NCBI GenBank assembly: GCA_964016885.1
Contig: OZ024740.1
Coordinates: forward strand, 261,578,001 to 261,642,000
Source: Eledone cirrhosa
Taxonomy: Eukaryota
Length of the DNA stretch: 64,000 bases
Direction: 5' to 3'
Made by a program: the position numbers and the translations under genes. Below are positions 15,062 to 27,466 of this stretch, piece after piece (within the stretch, counting starts at the first letter, position 1; each line of letters begins with the position of its first letter). The notes under the pieces were generated by a model. The model did not search any database. It was not told the DNA's origin and worked only from the letters and a program-made list of their open reading frames with translations.

Positions 15062-15112
15062 AGCTACCTGATGATTTCTCACAAATGAAACAGTTCTAGT
15101 CCTGTAGAAGCT
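15062..15112 (+). ncRNA. Hammerhead ribozyme (family A), one stem I mismatch
   Basis: agctac-CTGATGA-tttctcacaaat-GAAA-cagttctagtcctGTA-gaagct. Confidence 0.65.
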
Positions 15113-15261
15113 TTTCTATATTAATATATCTATATATATATATATATAAGTTGAAAAAAATGAAAACGAAATTTCATTTCTCACTCTTAGTATGGCACTT
15201 ACTTAAATGTAAGTATGCATGCATACGTACATACATATATGTATACAGACGTACAGTAGCA

Positions 15262-15309
<48 letters not shown>

Positions 15310-15483
15310 TATATATACACATATGCATACAGGTACACATACATATATGCACGCATCAGTTTAGCCGACGTTTATTATAACGCCTGCTTTGTTCGTTTGT
15401 TTGTCAACAGATCGAACAGCCTGAATTTATGCCATACGGTGTTAAGGCAACCACGTCACCTTTTTGTTCAACACTGACACAGG

Positions 15484-15528
15484 AACGATGTACTAGTTTC
15501 AAGCTTGTTAGCTATCATCAGCACCGTT
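15484..15528 (-). ncRNA. Hammerhead ribozyme, array unit 1
   Basis: Minus: aacggtg-CTGATGA-tagctaacaagctt-GAAA-ctaGTA-catcgtt; 7-bp stem I, AGCT/AGCT stem II, palindromic ACTAGT stem III. Confidence 0.85.
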
Positions 15529-15561
15529 TACCCATCTGCCAGATAGTTGAACGTTCGAAAG

Positions 15562-15609
15562 TATATACTTTCCTTATGAAAATTAACGGCTGAGCAGCCT
15601 AATTTGCAT
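15562..15609 (-). promoter_or_regulatory. Octamer + PSE-like + TATA cassette upstream of the HHR (repeated in each complete unit)
   Basis: Minus: ATGCAAAT-taggctgctcagccgttaattttcataaggaaag(34 nt)-TATATA; the same architecture occurs at 46883-46930 and 52175-52223. Confidence 0.4.
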
Positions 15610-15765
15610 ATTGAGTGAGTTAAATCGGTCAGGCATACCGAAAACGATAAGTTGAAAAAAATGAAAACGAAATTTCATTCCTCACTCTTAGTATGGCACT
15701 TACTTAAATGTAAGTATGCATGCATACGTACATACATATATGTATACAGACGTACAGTAGCACGC

Positions 15766-15798
<33 letters not shown>

Positions 15799-15972
15799 TA
15801 TATATACACATATGCATACAGGTACACATACATATATGCACGCATCAGTTTAGCCGACGTTTATTATAACGCCTGCTTTGTTCGTTTGTTTGTCAACAAA
15901 TCGAACAGCCTGAATTTATGCCATACGGTGTTAAGGCAACCACGTCACCTTTTTGTTCAACACTGACACAGG

Positions 15973-16017
15973 AACGATGTACTAGTTTCAAGCTTGTTAG
16001 CTATCATCAGCACCGTT
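15973..16017 (-). ncRNA. Hammerhead ribozyme, array unit 2
   Basis: Identical to 15484-15528. Confidence 0.85.
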
Positions 16018-16254
16018 TACCCATCTGCCAGATAGTTGAACGTTCGAAAGTATATACTTTCCTTATGAAAATTAACGGCTGAGCAGCCTAATTTGCATAT
16101 TGAGTGAGTTAAATCGGTCAGGCATACCGAAAACGATAAGTTGAAAAAAATGAAAACGAAATTTCATTTCTCACTCTTAGTATGGCACTTACTTAAATGT
16201 AAGTATGCATGCATACGTACATACATATATGTATACAGACGTACAGTAGCACGC

Positions 16255-16289
<35 letters not shown>

Positions 16290-16463
16290 TATATATACAC
16301 ATATGCATACAGGTACACATACATATATGCACGCATCAGTTTAGCCGACGTTTATTATAACGCCTGCTTTGTTCGTTTGTTTGTCAACAAATCGAACAGC
16401 CTGAATTTATGCCATACGGTGTTAAGGCAACCACGTCACCTTTTTGTTCAACACTGACACAGG

Positions 16464-16508
16464 AACGATGTACTAGTTTCAAGCTTGTTAGCTATCATCA
16501 GCACCGTT
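16464..16508 (-). ncRNA. Hammerhead ribozyme, array unit 3
   Basis: Identical to 15484-15528. Confidence 0.85.
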
Positions 16509-16742
16509 TACCCATCTGCCAGATAGTTGAACGTTCGAAAGTATATACTTTCCTTATGAAAATTAACGGCTGAGCAGCCTAATTTGCATATTGAGTGAGT
16601 TAAATCGGTCAGGCATACCGAAAACGATAAGTTGAAAAAAATGAAAACGAAATTTCATTTCTCACTCTTAGTATGGCACTTACTTAAATGTAAGTATGCA
16701 TGCATACGTACATACATATATGTATACAGACGTACAGTAGCA

Positions 16743-16782
<40 letters not shown>

Positions 16783-16956
16783 TATATATACACATATGCA
16801 TACAGGTACACATACATATATGCACGCATCAGTTTAGCCGACGTTTATTATAACGCCTGCTTTGTTCGTTTGTTTGTCAACAAATCGAACAGCCTGAATT
16901 TATGCCATACGGTGTTAAGGCAACCACGTCACCTTTTTGTTCAACACTGACACAGG

Positions 16957-17001
16957 AACGATGTACTAGTTTCAAGCTTGTTAGCTATCATCAGCACCGT
17001 T
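16957..17001 (-). ncRNA. Hammerhead ribozyme, array unit 4
   Basis: Identical to 15484-15528. Confidence 0.85.
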
Positions 17002-17220
17002 TACCCATCTGCCAGATAGTTGAACGTTCGAAAGTATATACTTTCCTTATGAAAATTAACGGCTGAGCAGCCTAATTTGCATATTGAGTGAGTTAAATCG
17101 GTCAGGCATACCGAAAACGATAAGTTGAAAAAATGAAAACGAAATTTCATTTCTCACTCTTAGTATGGCACTTACTTAAATGTAAGTATGCATGCATACG
17201 TACATACATATATGTATACA

Positions 17221-17421
17221 GACCATTTCTGTTGGAAGCTCCCAGAGCTTCCAACAGAAATGGTCGCATTCTTTAAGGGTATGTCAATATTTATTTATAA
17301 AACTGGTCTATATTATATTTTAGCTGATGAAAGCAAACCATAATTTAACTTGGTGTCCTTGAAATATGTATAATGAAATAAATATGGTTTTATAAATATA
17401 GTTTCCATTTGTTAATATAGC

Positions 17422-17422
<1 letters not shown>
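17221..17422 (+). mobile_element. Solo PLE pseudo-LTR (family B variant) with HHR 17316-17380 and a short 5' inversion
   Basis: CTGATGA-aagcaaacca...tggtgtcctt-GAAATATGTATAATGAAATA; hairpin GACCATTTCTGTTGGAAGCTC/GAGCTTCCAACAGAAATGGTC; sister copy at 49810-49985. Confidence 0.75.
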
Positions 17423-17503
<81 letters not shown>

Positions 17504-18053
17504 CGGCGATGAATTTGTTTTGCGAGGTTTTTTATATGAAATCGTGTGTCGAAACAAATATTGTTATACTTGGGGAGGGTCATATTTGTGTAATATTGCC
17601 AGAATTAATAACAGAACACACTCAGTTTGGTTGGTTTTCGCTTCTCGCTTCTGTGTCTTTTATATCGGTAATCTAACTTACTCGGTCCTCAATGTTGCCA
17701 TTGTCTGACCAACGGTCAACAATAATACTGATACAATATAGACACAAACACATATATATAGTTTATCATAAATCTTTCGTTGCACATCTGCAACATCGTC
17801 AGTGGTGTTATTGTTTCCTCCTGTTGTATTGTATGTCTACGCCATTTTTATTCAGTCTGTCTATATATTTATTTATTTATTTGCTTGTTTGTTTATTTTA
17901 TTTTGTCTTCTTTGCGCATGCGTTTGCGTGTGTGTATAGTGTTTTGTTTGCTGTGTGATGGGTGACTAGTGTGTGTTTATGTGCTTGTTGTTATTGTGCT
18001 TGTGTATGTATTTATTTATTTATTTATTTATTTATTTTATCTTATTTACTTAT

Positions 18054-19767
18054 TTATACTTCTCTTAGGTCAGTGTTGTTTGTTTGGGTGTTGTTGTTAT
18101 TCCACTCATTCTTTCTGTTTAGTCTTGGCCTTCTAATTTCTATTTCACTGGCCTCCCTGATTTGCCTATCTGCTGGGTCATTTCTATGTTTAGATATTAT
18201 TCTAATTTCTATGTTGTCTATGTTACCGTCATGTTGTTGTCTAGCATGTTCGTATAGTACTGACCCGTTTTTTCGTCCTTTTAGTTCCCCCCAGTGTTGG
18301 TCTATCCTTTCACCTATGCTACGAGCTGTCTCACCTATGTATGTTGTTGTCATGTTTCTGCAAGTACCCTCTGTACATCTTATGCTATAGACTACGTTTC
18401 TAGTTTTACAGTTTATCCGGGGGTTTACCTTACATATGATACATTTCCTATTGGTACAGTGGGTTTTCTTAAAAGGGTAGGTTTTGCTGATCAGGGATTT
18501 TATGGTGGTTCCTGGCTTTTCTACCACCTTAATTTTTAAGTGGGTCTTTCTCAGTGTCTTTATACACTGGTTAGCTAATTTTCCTCCAGTGGTAGCGTCC
18601 ACAAACATGACACTCTGGTATCTCTGGTTGTCGTACCATGAGGTGGCTTTCCCTATCTTATTTCTAGCCCTATCTAAGCTATTCCATGATTTGCTCCTGT
18701 ATAATGGGCAAATTCCTTTCATGTCCAGTTCTATGAGGGTCTTATACTACTCCATGGCTCCTTCGTATACTTTGACTCTGTCTCTTTGGTTGTAGCCAGA
18801 GAACTGCATGCGGTTGATGAAGTGTTGGATGTGTCTTTCCATTTCTGTTGGGTCGCACATGCGGGACACATTCTTCATCACTCGTACCAAATCTGCGATC
18901 AGGATATTAAACTTAGCACTACTGGATATTGCTGAGATTTTGAGTATCAGGTATTTGGAGGCCATGTGTTTAGCATAGTGTGAGTGGAGAATTTGGGCTC
19001 TCTCGTCTATAGTGTTAATTCAGAGTTCTGTGTCTAATACAGGTAGTCTATTGTTAGGGTGTTTGGAAGGGAAGTCGATAGTTACAGTTATACTCTGGTG
19101 TATAGAATTAGCTATCTGCTGGATGCTTTCCATCGTGCTACATTCTAAATTAAACTTGTTAGTGCTTTCTAGTGGGGATGTTATTATAACTATATTGATA
19201 TCGTCTACATAATGAGAGTACATGATGAGGTTTATGGAGCTCTCATTAAGGAGATCTTTAAGTCTCCTTTCCCACCATACCATGAAAAGGTTGGCAACAT
19301 CACCAGCTATGCTGACGCCAATGGCTGCTCCCTCATTTTAGGTGTAGATCTTCTCGTTGAACTTAAATATGTGGCCCTTTAGGGTAGTTTTGATACTAGC
19401 CCCTATTGCATGTGCGACCATTTTTCTTACCTGATCATTGTTTTGGGGGGTCCGTATAGCTTTGGTCCACCCAATCCACCTTCCCATGGGAGTCTTTTTT
19501 GCCATTGAGGTTATGGTGGGGGGTCTACCTCTTATAGGTCTACTAGGGCAGAAACGTCTAAAGTCATGGCTGTCTAGGTAGTCAGTGTCGTAGGTAAGTC
19601 TAAGTAGGAGGCCCAGTTCGTCTGTGTCGACGTCGCAGAACTCCACCCCACTCTCAATGATCACCTCCACACATCTTTTCACAGCAAAATCAATGTTAAT
19701 GGATGGGTACAGTGACACCACATCCATGCTGCCTATTATGCAGTTGGATAGGTTCCTGTTTTTGCAC
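18054..19767 (-). pseudogene. Inverted copy of the PLE RT-EN ORF with three premature stops
   Basis: ORF pieces 19338-19808, 19020-19283, 18747-18965 and 18054-18722 match the + copy. Confidence 0.9.
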
Positions 19768-19808
19768 AACAAACACACGATGGAAGAGAGAAAATCCTCA
19801 ACGCTCAT

Positions 19809-21800
19809 ATGATGATGTGGACTGACATCCTAAAGCCAAGCAGACGCACTGCCAACAACTTCCAGGCGTCTAACAATGGCATACCACCCTTGTATGGGCT
19901 CCGCAAAGACCACAAGACAGTCGACGACCCGACAACAGGACCACCAACAAGACCCGTATGCGGAGCTAATATAGCTAGTAACTACAGGATCTCCTACTTC
20001 CTCTCAATGGTTATACGCCTCATAATCAAGATGTCCACAGATGTATGCGACACTACAGAGGACCTCCTCAGCAGAATCAGTGAGTGCAACAAAAACAGGA
20101 ACCTATCCAACTGCATAATAGGCAGCATGGATGTGGTGTCACTGTACCCATCCATTAACATTGATTTTGCTGTGAAAAGATGTGTGGAGGTGATCATTGA
20201 GAGTGGGGTGGATTTCTGCGACGTCGACACAGACGAACTGGGCCTCCTACTTAGACTTACCTACGACACTGACTACCTAGACAGCCATGACCTTAGACGT
20301 TTCTGCCCTAGTAGACCTATAAGAGGTAGACCCCCCACCATAACCTCAATGGCAAAAAAGACTCCCATGGGAAGGTGGATTGGGTGGACCAAAGCTATAC
20401 GGACCTCCCAAAACAATGATCAGGTAAGAAAAATGGTCGCACATGCAATAGGGGCTAGGATCAAAACTACCCTAAAGGGCCACATATTTAAGTTCAACGA
20501 GAAGATCTACACCCAAAATGAGGGAGCAGCCATTTGCGTCAGCATAGCTGGTGATGTTGCCAACCTTTTCATGGTATGGTGGGAAAGGAGACTTAAAGAT
20601 CTCCTTAATGAGAGCTCCATAAACCTCATCATGTACTCTCATTATGTAGACGATATCAATATAGTTATAATAACATCCCCACTAGAAAGCACTAACAAGT
20701 TTAATTTAGAACGTAGCACGATGGAAAGCATCCAGCAGATAGCTAATTCCATACACCAGAGTATAACTGTAACTATCGACTTATCTTCCAAACACCCTAA
20801 CAATAGACTACCTGTATTAGACACAGAACTCTGGATTAACACTATAGACGAGAGAGCCCAAATTCTCCACTCACACTATGCTAAACACATGGCCTCCAAA
20901 TACCTGATACTCAAAAACTCAGCAATGTCCAGTAGTGCTAAGTTTAATATTCTGATCGCAGATTTGGTACGAGTGATGAAGAATGTGTCCCGCATGTGCG
21001 ACCCAACAGAAATGGAAAGACACATCCAACACTTCATAAACCACATGCAGTTCTCTGGCTACAACCAAAGAGACAGAGTCAAAGTATACGAAGGAGCCAT
21101 GGAGAAGTATAAGACCCTCATAGAACTGGACATGAAAGGAATTTGCCCATTATACAGGAGCAAATCATGGAATAGCTTAGATAGGGCTAGACATAAGATA
21201 GGGAAAGTCACCTCATGGTACTACAACCAGAGATACCAGAGTGTCATGTTTGTGGACGCTACCCCTGGAGGGAAATTAGCTAACCAGTGTATAAAGGCCC
21301 TGAGAAAGACCCACTTAAAAATTAAGGTGGTAGAAAAGCCAGGAACCACCATAAAATCCCTGATCAGCAAAACCTACCCTTTTAAGAAAACCCACTGTAC
21401 CAATAGGAAATGTATCATATGTAAGGTAAACCCCCGGATAAACTGTAAAACTAGAAACGTAGTCTATAGCATAAGATGTACAGAGGGTACTTGCAGAAAC
21501 ATGACAACAACATACATAGGTGAGACAGCTCGTAGCATAGGTGAAAGGATAGACCAACACTGGGGGGAACTAAAAGGACGAAAAAACGGGTCAGTACTAT
21601 ACGAACATGCTAGACAACAACATGACGGTAACATAGACAACATAGAAATTAGAATAATATCTAAACATAGAAATGACCCAGCAGATAGGCAAATCAGGGA
21701 GGCCAGTGAAATAGAACTCAGAAGGCCAAGACTAAACAGAAAGAATGAATGGAATAACAACAACACCCAAACAAACAACACTGACCTAAGAGAAGTATAA
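19809..21800 (+). CDS. PLE RT + C-terminal GIY-YIG endonuclease (N-terminally truncated, uninterrupted frame)
   Basis: PPLYGLRKDHK, SMDVVSLYPSI, YSHYVDD, LPVLD, C..C..C..CK..NVVYSIRC...YIGETAR..GER...H. Confidence 0.9.
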   Translation: MMMWTDILKPSRRTANNFQASNNGIPPLYGLRKDHKTVDDPTTGPPTRPVCGANIASNYRISYFLSMVIRLIIKMSTDVCDTTEDLLSRISECNKNRNLSNCIIGSMDVVSLYPSINIDFAVKRCVEVIIESGVDFCDVDTDELGLLLRLTYDTDYLDSHDLRRFCPSRPIRGRPPTITSMAKKTPMGRWIGWTKAIRTSQNNDQVRKMVAHAIGARIKTTLKGHIFKFNEKIYTQNEGAAICVSIAGDVANLFMVWWERRLKDLLNESSINLIMYSHYVDDINIVIITSPLESTNKFNLERSTMESIQQIANSIHQSITVTIDLSSKHPNNRLPVLDTELWINTIDERAQILHSHYAKHMASKYLILKNSAMSSSAKFNILIADLVRVMKNVSRMCDPTEMERHIQHFINHMQFSGYNQRDRVKVYEGAMEKYKTLIELDMKGICPLYRSKSWNSLDRARHKIGKVTSWYYNQRYQSVMFVDATPGGKLANQCIKALRKTHLKIKVVEKPGTTIKSLISKTYPFKKTHCTNRKCIICKVNPRINCKTRNVVYSIRCTEGTCRNMTTTYIGETARSIGERIDQHWGELKGRKNGSVLYEHARQQHDGNIDNIEIRIISKHRNDPADRQIREASEIELRRPRLNRKNEWNNNNTQTNNTDLREV

Positions 21801-22044
21801 ATAAGTAAATAAAATAAAATAAATAAATAAATAAATAAATAAATACATACACAAGCACAATAACAACAAGCACATAAACACACACTAGTCACCCATCACA
21901 CAGCAAACAAAACACTATACACACACGCAAACGCATGCGCAAAGAAGACAAAATAAAATAAACACACAAGCAAATAAATAAATAAATATATAGACACTGA
22001 ATAAAAATGGCGTAGACATACAATACAACAGGAGGAAACAATAA

Positions 22045-22088
22045 CACCACTGACGATGTTGCAGATGTGCAACGAAAGATTTATGATA
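22045..22088 (+). ncRNA. Hammerhead core in PLE 3' region (family C), stem I degenerate
   Basis: cacca-CTGACGA-t-gttgca gatg tgcaac-GAAA-gattta-tgata. Confidence 0.55.
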
Positions 22089-22307
22089 AACTATATATAT
22101 GTGTTTGTGTCTATATTGTATCAGTATTATTGTTGACCGTTGGTCAGTCAATGGCGACATTGAGGACCGAGTAAGTTAGATTACCGATATAAAAGACACA
22201 GAAGCGAGAAGCGAAAACCAACCAAACTGAGTGTGTTCTGTTATTAATTCTGGCAATATTACACAAACATGACCCTCCCCAAGTATAACAATATATATAT
22301 ATATATG

Positions 22308-22377
<70 letters not shown>

Positions 22378-22621
22378 CAATTATAAACTTGAAGAACAGA
22401 TAGATAAAACACTACTTAATTTTTTCTTCAAAGACCCGACTATACAGCTTCGCCGATTGGTATGCAGCCAGAGTACAACTAAAGTGCACTCGGCCGTGAG
22501 TTTATCAAGAGACCCCTGAATGAAAACACAAATTCCCGAACTGCGGAAGATTTTTTTGGAGAGAGAATTATTACGTCGTATACCGGTCACAGAAGGACGG
22601 TAGAGGTTGGACCCTTGTATC

Positions 22622-22888
<267 letters not shown>

Positions 22889-22890
22889 AT

Positions 22891-23250
22891 CTAAGGCGGG
22901 TAAAATTCCCGAGATCCATGGACGAGTTCTCTCCAGCGGTCTCTGTCCCTCATTATCGCTGCCATATCCTGCATCTCCAACAGACCAGTGTCTGTCCTTA
23001 GGGCATCAAGATATGTTAACCTTGGTCTTCCTCTTCTAGTGTGTCCATGTAGGGGCTCCCAAAGGAGCACTGAGTGCAATGTCAACTCTGGATGTCGGTG
23101 AGCATGTCCAGCCAACCTCAGTCTCCTCTGTGTCACTTTTGAGCTGACTTTTGGGATGCTCCCATACAGCTCTGAGTTTTTCATCCTCAGTGTATACTGA
23201 TTAATGTTCAGAGCCATCCTCAGCATTCTCGTGCAGCACCCATCCACCAT
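22891..23250 (-). mobile_element. 3' fragment of an RTE-clade LINE
   Basis: DGCCTRMLRMALNI...RRLRLAGHAHRH...LLWEP..GRPRLTY...DRWR. Confidence 0.85.
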
Positions 23251-23258
23251 CTATTATT

Positions 23259-23304
<46 letters not shown>

Positions 23305-23389
23305 TATTTATTTACTATAAATATATATACATTTATTTACTATTTATTTAGACAACAGAATATTATTTGTGGCAATGATGATAGTGTGG

Positions 23390-23620
23390 ATGGATGGTGG
23401 TGGTGGTGGTGGTAGTGGTGGTAATAATGTTGATGGTGGAACTGATAATGATGATGATGATGATGATATTGAAGAAGAAGAAGAAGAAGAAGAAGAAGAA
23501 GAAGAAGAAGAAGAAGAAGAAGAAGAAGAGCAGCAATTGCAACATCAACGCAACAACGGCAACAACAATAACAGCAGCTGCAACAACAACACGACAAATG
23601 TTAAGAGCAACCGCCGCCGC

Positions 23621-23675
<55 letters not shown>

Positions 23676-24282
23676 TTTACGACACCGACAGAAAGAACAA
23701 CAAACAATACAATGACAATTATCACAGTTGTAGCCACAAGAACAATAATAGTGGCGGCGACAACAACAACAACAACAACAACAATAACAACGATAAATGT
23801 TAACAACAGCAGCTACAACAATAACAACAACACTAACGACAACAGCAATAACAGCAGCTGCAACGACAATGGCGACAACAACGGCAACAACAAAAGTAAC
23901 AACAACAACAACAACGACAACAATAGAAATAACAACAACAAAAGCAACAACAATAACAACTTCAACTGTTAACAGCAGCTGCAACAATAATAACAACAAC
24001 AACAACAGGAATAACAACAACAACAACAACGATAAGAACAGACACAATAGTTTTCTAATTAACAGAAATAGCCGTGAGGTTAGTGAATAGAAACGACTAA
24101 TGGATGGTAAGGTATTGGAAATATGTTAGAGTGGAGTATTGGACTGTAAGGTCTGGTCTTGGGGGAACATGAAGAGCTTGTAAAACTATAAGATACAACA
24201 ACAACAGCAACAGCAACAACAGCAACATCAACAACAACAACAACAACAGCAACAGCAGCAACAACTAATACATCAACAACAA

Positions 24283-24314
<32 letters not shown>

Positions 24315-24366
24315 ACAACAACAACAACAACAGCAACAGCAGCAACAACTAATACATCAACAACAA

Positions 24367-24398
<32 letters not shown>

Positions 24399-24447
24399 AC
24401 AACAACAACAACAACAGCAACAGCAGCAACAACTAATACATCAACAA

Positions 24448-24479
<32 letters not shown>

Positions 24480-24564
24480 ACAACAACAACAACAACAACA
24501 ACAACAGCAGCAACAGCAACAACAGCACAACAGCAGCAACAGCAGCAACAACAACAACAACAGC

Positions 24565-24628
<64 letters not shown>

Positions 24629-25317
24629 GCAGCAACAACAGCAGCAACAGCAGCAACAGCAGCAACAGCAACATCAACAGCAGCAACAGCAACATCAACA
24701 ACAACAACATCAACAACAACAACAGCAACAACAACAACAGCAACAACAGCAGCAACAACAACAACAACAGCAACAACAACAACAACAGCAACAACAACAA
24801 CAACAACAGCAACAACAACAACAGCAACAACAACAACAACAACAGCAAAAACAACAGCAACAGCAACAACAACAACAACAACAACAACAGCAGCAACAGC
24901 AACAACAACAACAGCAACAACAACAACAACAGCACAACAACAACAGCAACAACAGCAGCAACAACAACAACAACAGCAACAACAACAGCAACAGCAGCAA
25001 CAACAACAACAACAGCAGCAACAACTACTTCATCAACAACAACAACAACAACAACAGCAACAGTAGCAACAACAGCAACAAGAGCAACAGCAACAACAAC
25101 AACAACAGCAGCAACAGCAACAACAGTACAACAGCAACAACAACAACAGCAACAGCAGCAGCAACAGCAACAACAACAACAAGAGCAACAACAACAACAA
25201 CAGCAACAACAGCAGCAACAGCAACAACAACAACAACAACAACAACAGCAGCAACAGCAACAACAACAACAGCAACAACAGCAGCAACAACAACAACAGC
25301 AACAGCAGCAACAGCAA

Positions 25318-25349
<32 letters not shown>

Positions 25350-25442
25350 ACAACAGCAAGAACTACTACATCAACAACAACAACAACAACAACAGCAACA
25401 ATAAGAACAACAGCAACAACAGCAACAACAACAACAACAACA

Positions 25443-25473
<31 letters not shown>

Positions 25474-25485
25474 TAGCAACAGCAA

Positions 25486-25517
<32 letters not shown>

Positions 25518-25574
25518 GCAACAACAACAACAGCAACAGCACAACAGCAACACCAACAACAGCAACAACAACAA

Positions 25575-25605
<31 letters not shown>

Positions 25606-25884
25606 AACAACAGCAAAAAACAACAACAAAAACAATAACAACAACAACAGCAACAACAGCAACAACAACAACAACAGCAACAACAGCAACAACAGCAAAA
25701 ACAACAACAGCAACAACAACAACAACAACAACAGCAACAACAACAACAGCAACAACAACAACAGCAACAACAGCAGCAACAACAACAACAACAACAACAA
25801 CAGCAACATCAACAACAACAACAACAACAACAGCAACAGCAACAACAACAGCAGCAACAACAGCAACAACAACAGCAGCAACAA

Positions 25885-25961
<77 letters not shown>

Positions 25962-25983
25962 GCAACAACAACAACAGCAACAA

Positions 25984-26021
<38 letters not shown>

Positions 26022-26252
26022 GCAACAACAACAACAACAGCAACAACAACAGCAGCAACAACAACTACAACAACAACAACAACAAAAGCAACAGCAACAA
26101 CAACAGCAACAGCAACAACAACAACAGCAACAACAGCACCAGCAACAACTACTACATCAACAACAACAACAACATCAACAACAGCAACAACAACAACAGC
26201 AGCAGCAGCAATAGCAACAACAACAACAACAACAAGAGCAACAAGAGCAATA

Positions 26253-26314
<62 letters not shown>

Positions 26315-26350
26315 AACATCAACATCAAAATCAACAACAATATCAACAAC
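23390..26350. repeat. Compound trinucleotide tracts (GGT, GAT, GAA, then ~2.5 kb of CAA/CAG, then TAC)
   Basis: Seen directly; phase slips are present, so not a clean poly-Q ORF. Confidence 0.95.
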
Positions 26351-26354
26351 ATGA

Positions 26355-27466
26355 TTACAACGTCTAGAGTGAGGTGACAACTATAGGTATTTGGGACATG
26401 GTGATGGGCCCATAAATAAGGAGAGGAATGAATACCTCAGTAGAGGAAAGAGAATATGGTCATCAGAACTCTCAGGGTACAACGAGCACATTGCCCATAA
26501 TACTTTTGCTAGTCCATCCTAACGCCAACATTAGGCCTTCTGAAATTTTAACATCAATGGTGATGTGGCTATATTTTTCACGTAAGGAGGGCGGTAGGGG
26601 ACTTAAATGCATATTAACACCATGCGATACCCAGATAACAAACTTGAAGCAACATCCTCAACAGAAGAAAAAGGTTAGCAGCCATCTTGCCCAGGTTAGC
26701 AGCCATCTTGCATGAGAATAATAATATTGTTAGGATAATCGCTGATGAAGAGGAGGGACATGAAATAAAGCCTGAGACAAATCTCTTTCCCAGCAACGTT
26801 GGAAAACTCTTCTCAATGCTCGAACAAAATTTAAAAAGTGGATCAATTCACCTTGAAGGACACCTTCATGCAATCCAGGAACAAGAAATCCCCACCAAGT
26901 ATCTGCTGAACAAACGAGGAAGGTCATCAGTTGACAATAAATGTAGGCTGTGAAAAACAGACCGGAAATGTTACCCACATTATTGCCAACTCTGAAAGAA
27001 TGTCTTCTCATTACTACTTCCTCATGAGGCATGATGTGATAGCGAGAACGATCTGAATTACATTATGAAAGACGAAAAATCAAATCAAATGTATTGAGAC
27101 TGATGGCTCAAAGGAACACTAGTGGAACCTAAATTAAAACACAGCCGGTCTGTTTAGGACCAAACATTAAAAACATGCACTGTTGTACAAGTCAGCTGCC
27201 CACTTGATGTGGTAAGAGAAATGCAAGAGAAGGAGGATATCTACGGACCATTGATAAGGAGTTTGCAGATGCAGTACCTAAAATACACGTTCAGACTCAT
27301 ACACATTATCATTAGAACTAGAGGTTATATACCAACCTGCCTGGACCAAAGTGCGTCTGAACTTGGATTCCGGGAGAAAGAACGTAGCTCGTTAATTCAT
27401 AAACGACAAATGGCTGATATATATAGAACTTTCAAAAGCTGTAAAACATTCTTACGATTTAAATGA
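26355..27466 (+). mobile_element. Degraded R4/Dong-type (restriction-like endonuclease) LINE fragment
   Basis: YRYLG, LYFSRKEGGRGLK, EGHLHAIQEQEIPTKY, KCRL and a C-terminal IIIRTRGYIP segment parallel to the 34959-38576 ORF. Confidence 0.7.

Larger units (their letters stand above)
15146..17223 (-). mobile_element. Tandem array of ~4.2 non-coding ~490-bp units, one HHR per unit (retrozyme-like, family D)
   Basis: Units start at 15146, 15647, 16136, 16627, 17120 and are nearly identical except for internal (TA)n length; each complete unit has a minus-strand HHR. Confidence 0.85.
17502..22293. mobile_element. 5'-truncated Penelope-like element with a ~2.2-kb inverted duplication (head-to-head copies)
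   Basis: 17558-19767 is the reverse complement of 20084-22293; flanked by (TA)n; HHR cores at 17764-17807(-) and 22045-22088(+). Confidence 0.92.

Noticed and set aside
15151-16853. Repeated [10 protein letters not shown] ORFs; CRISPR-like array
   Set aside because: Frames vary with TA length between units; the units are full tandem copies with no unique spacers, and the DNA is eukaryotic.
23340-26380. Poly-E/N/Q/L/C/V ORFs
   Set aside because: Trinucleotide repeats with phase slips and no unique coding context.
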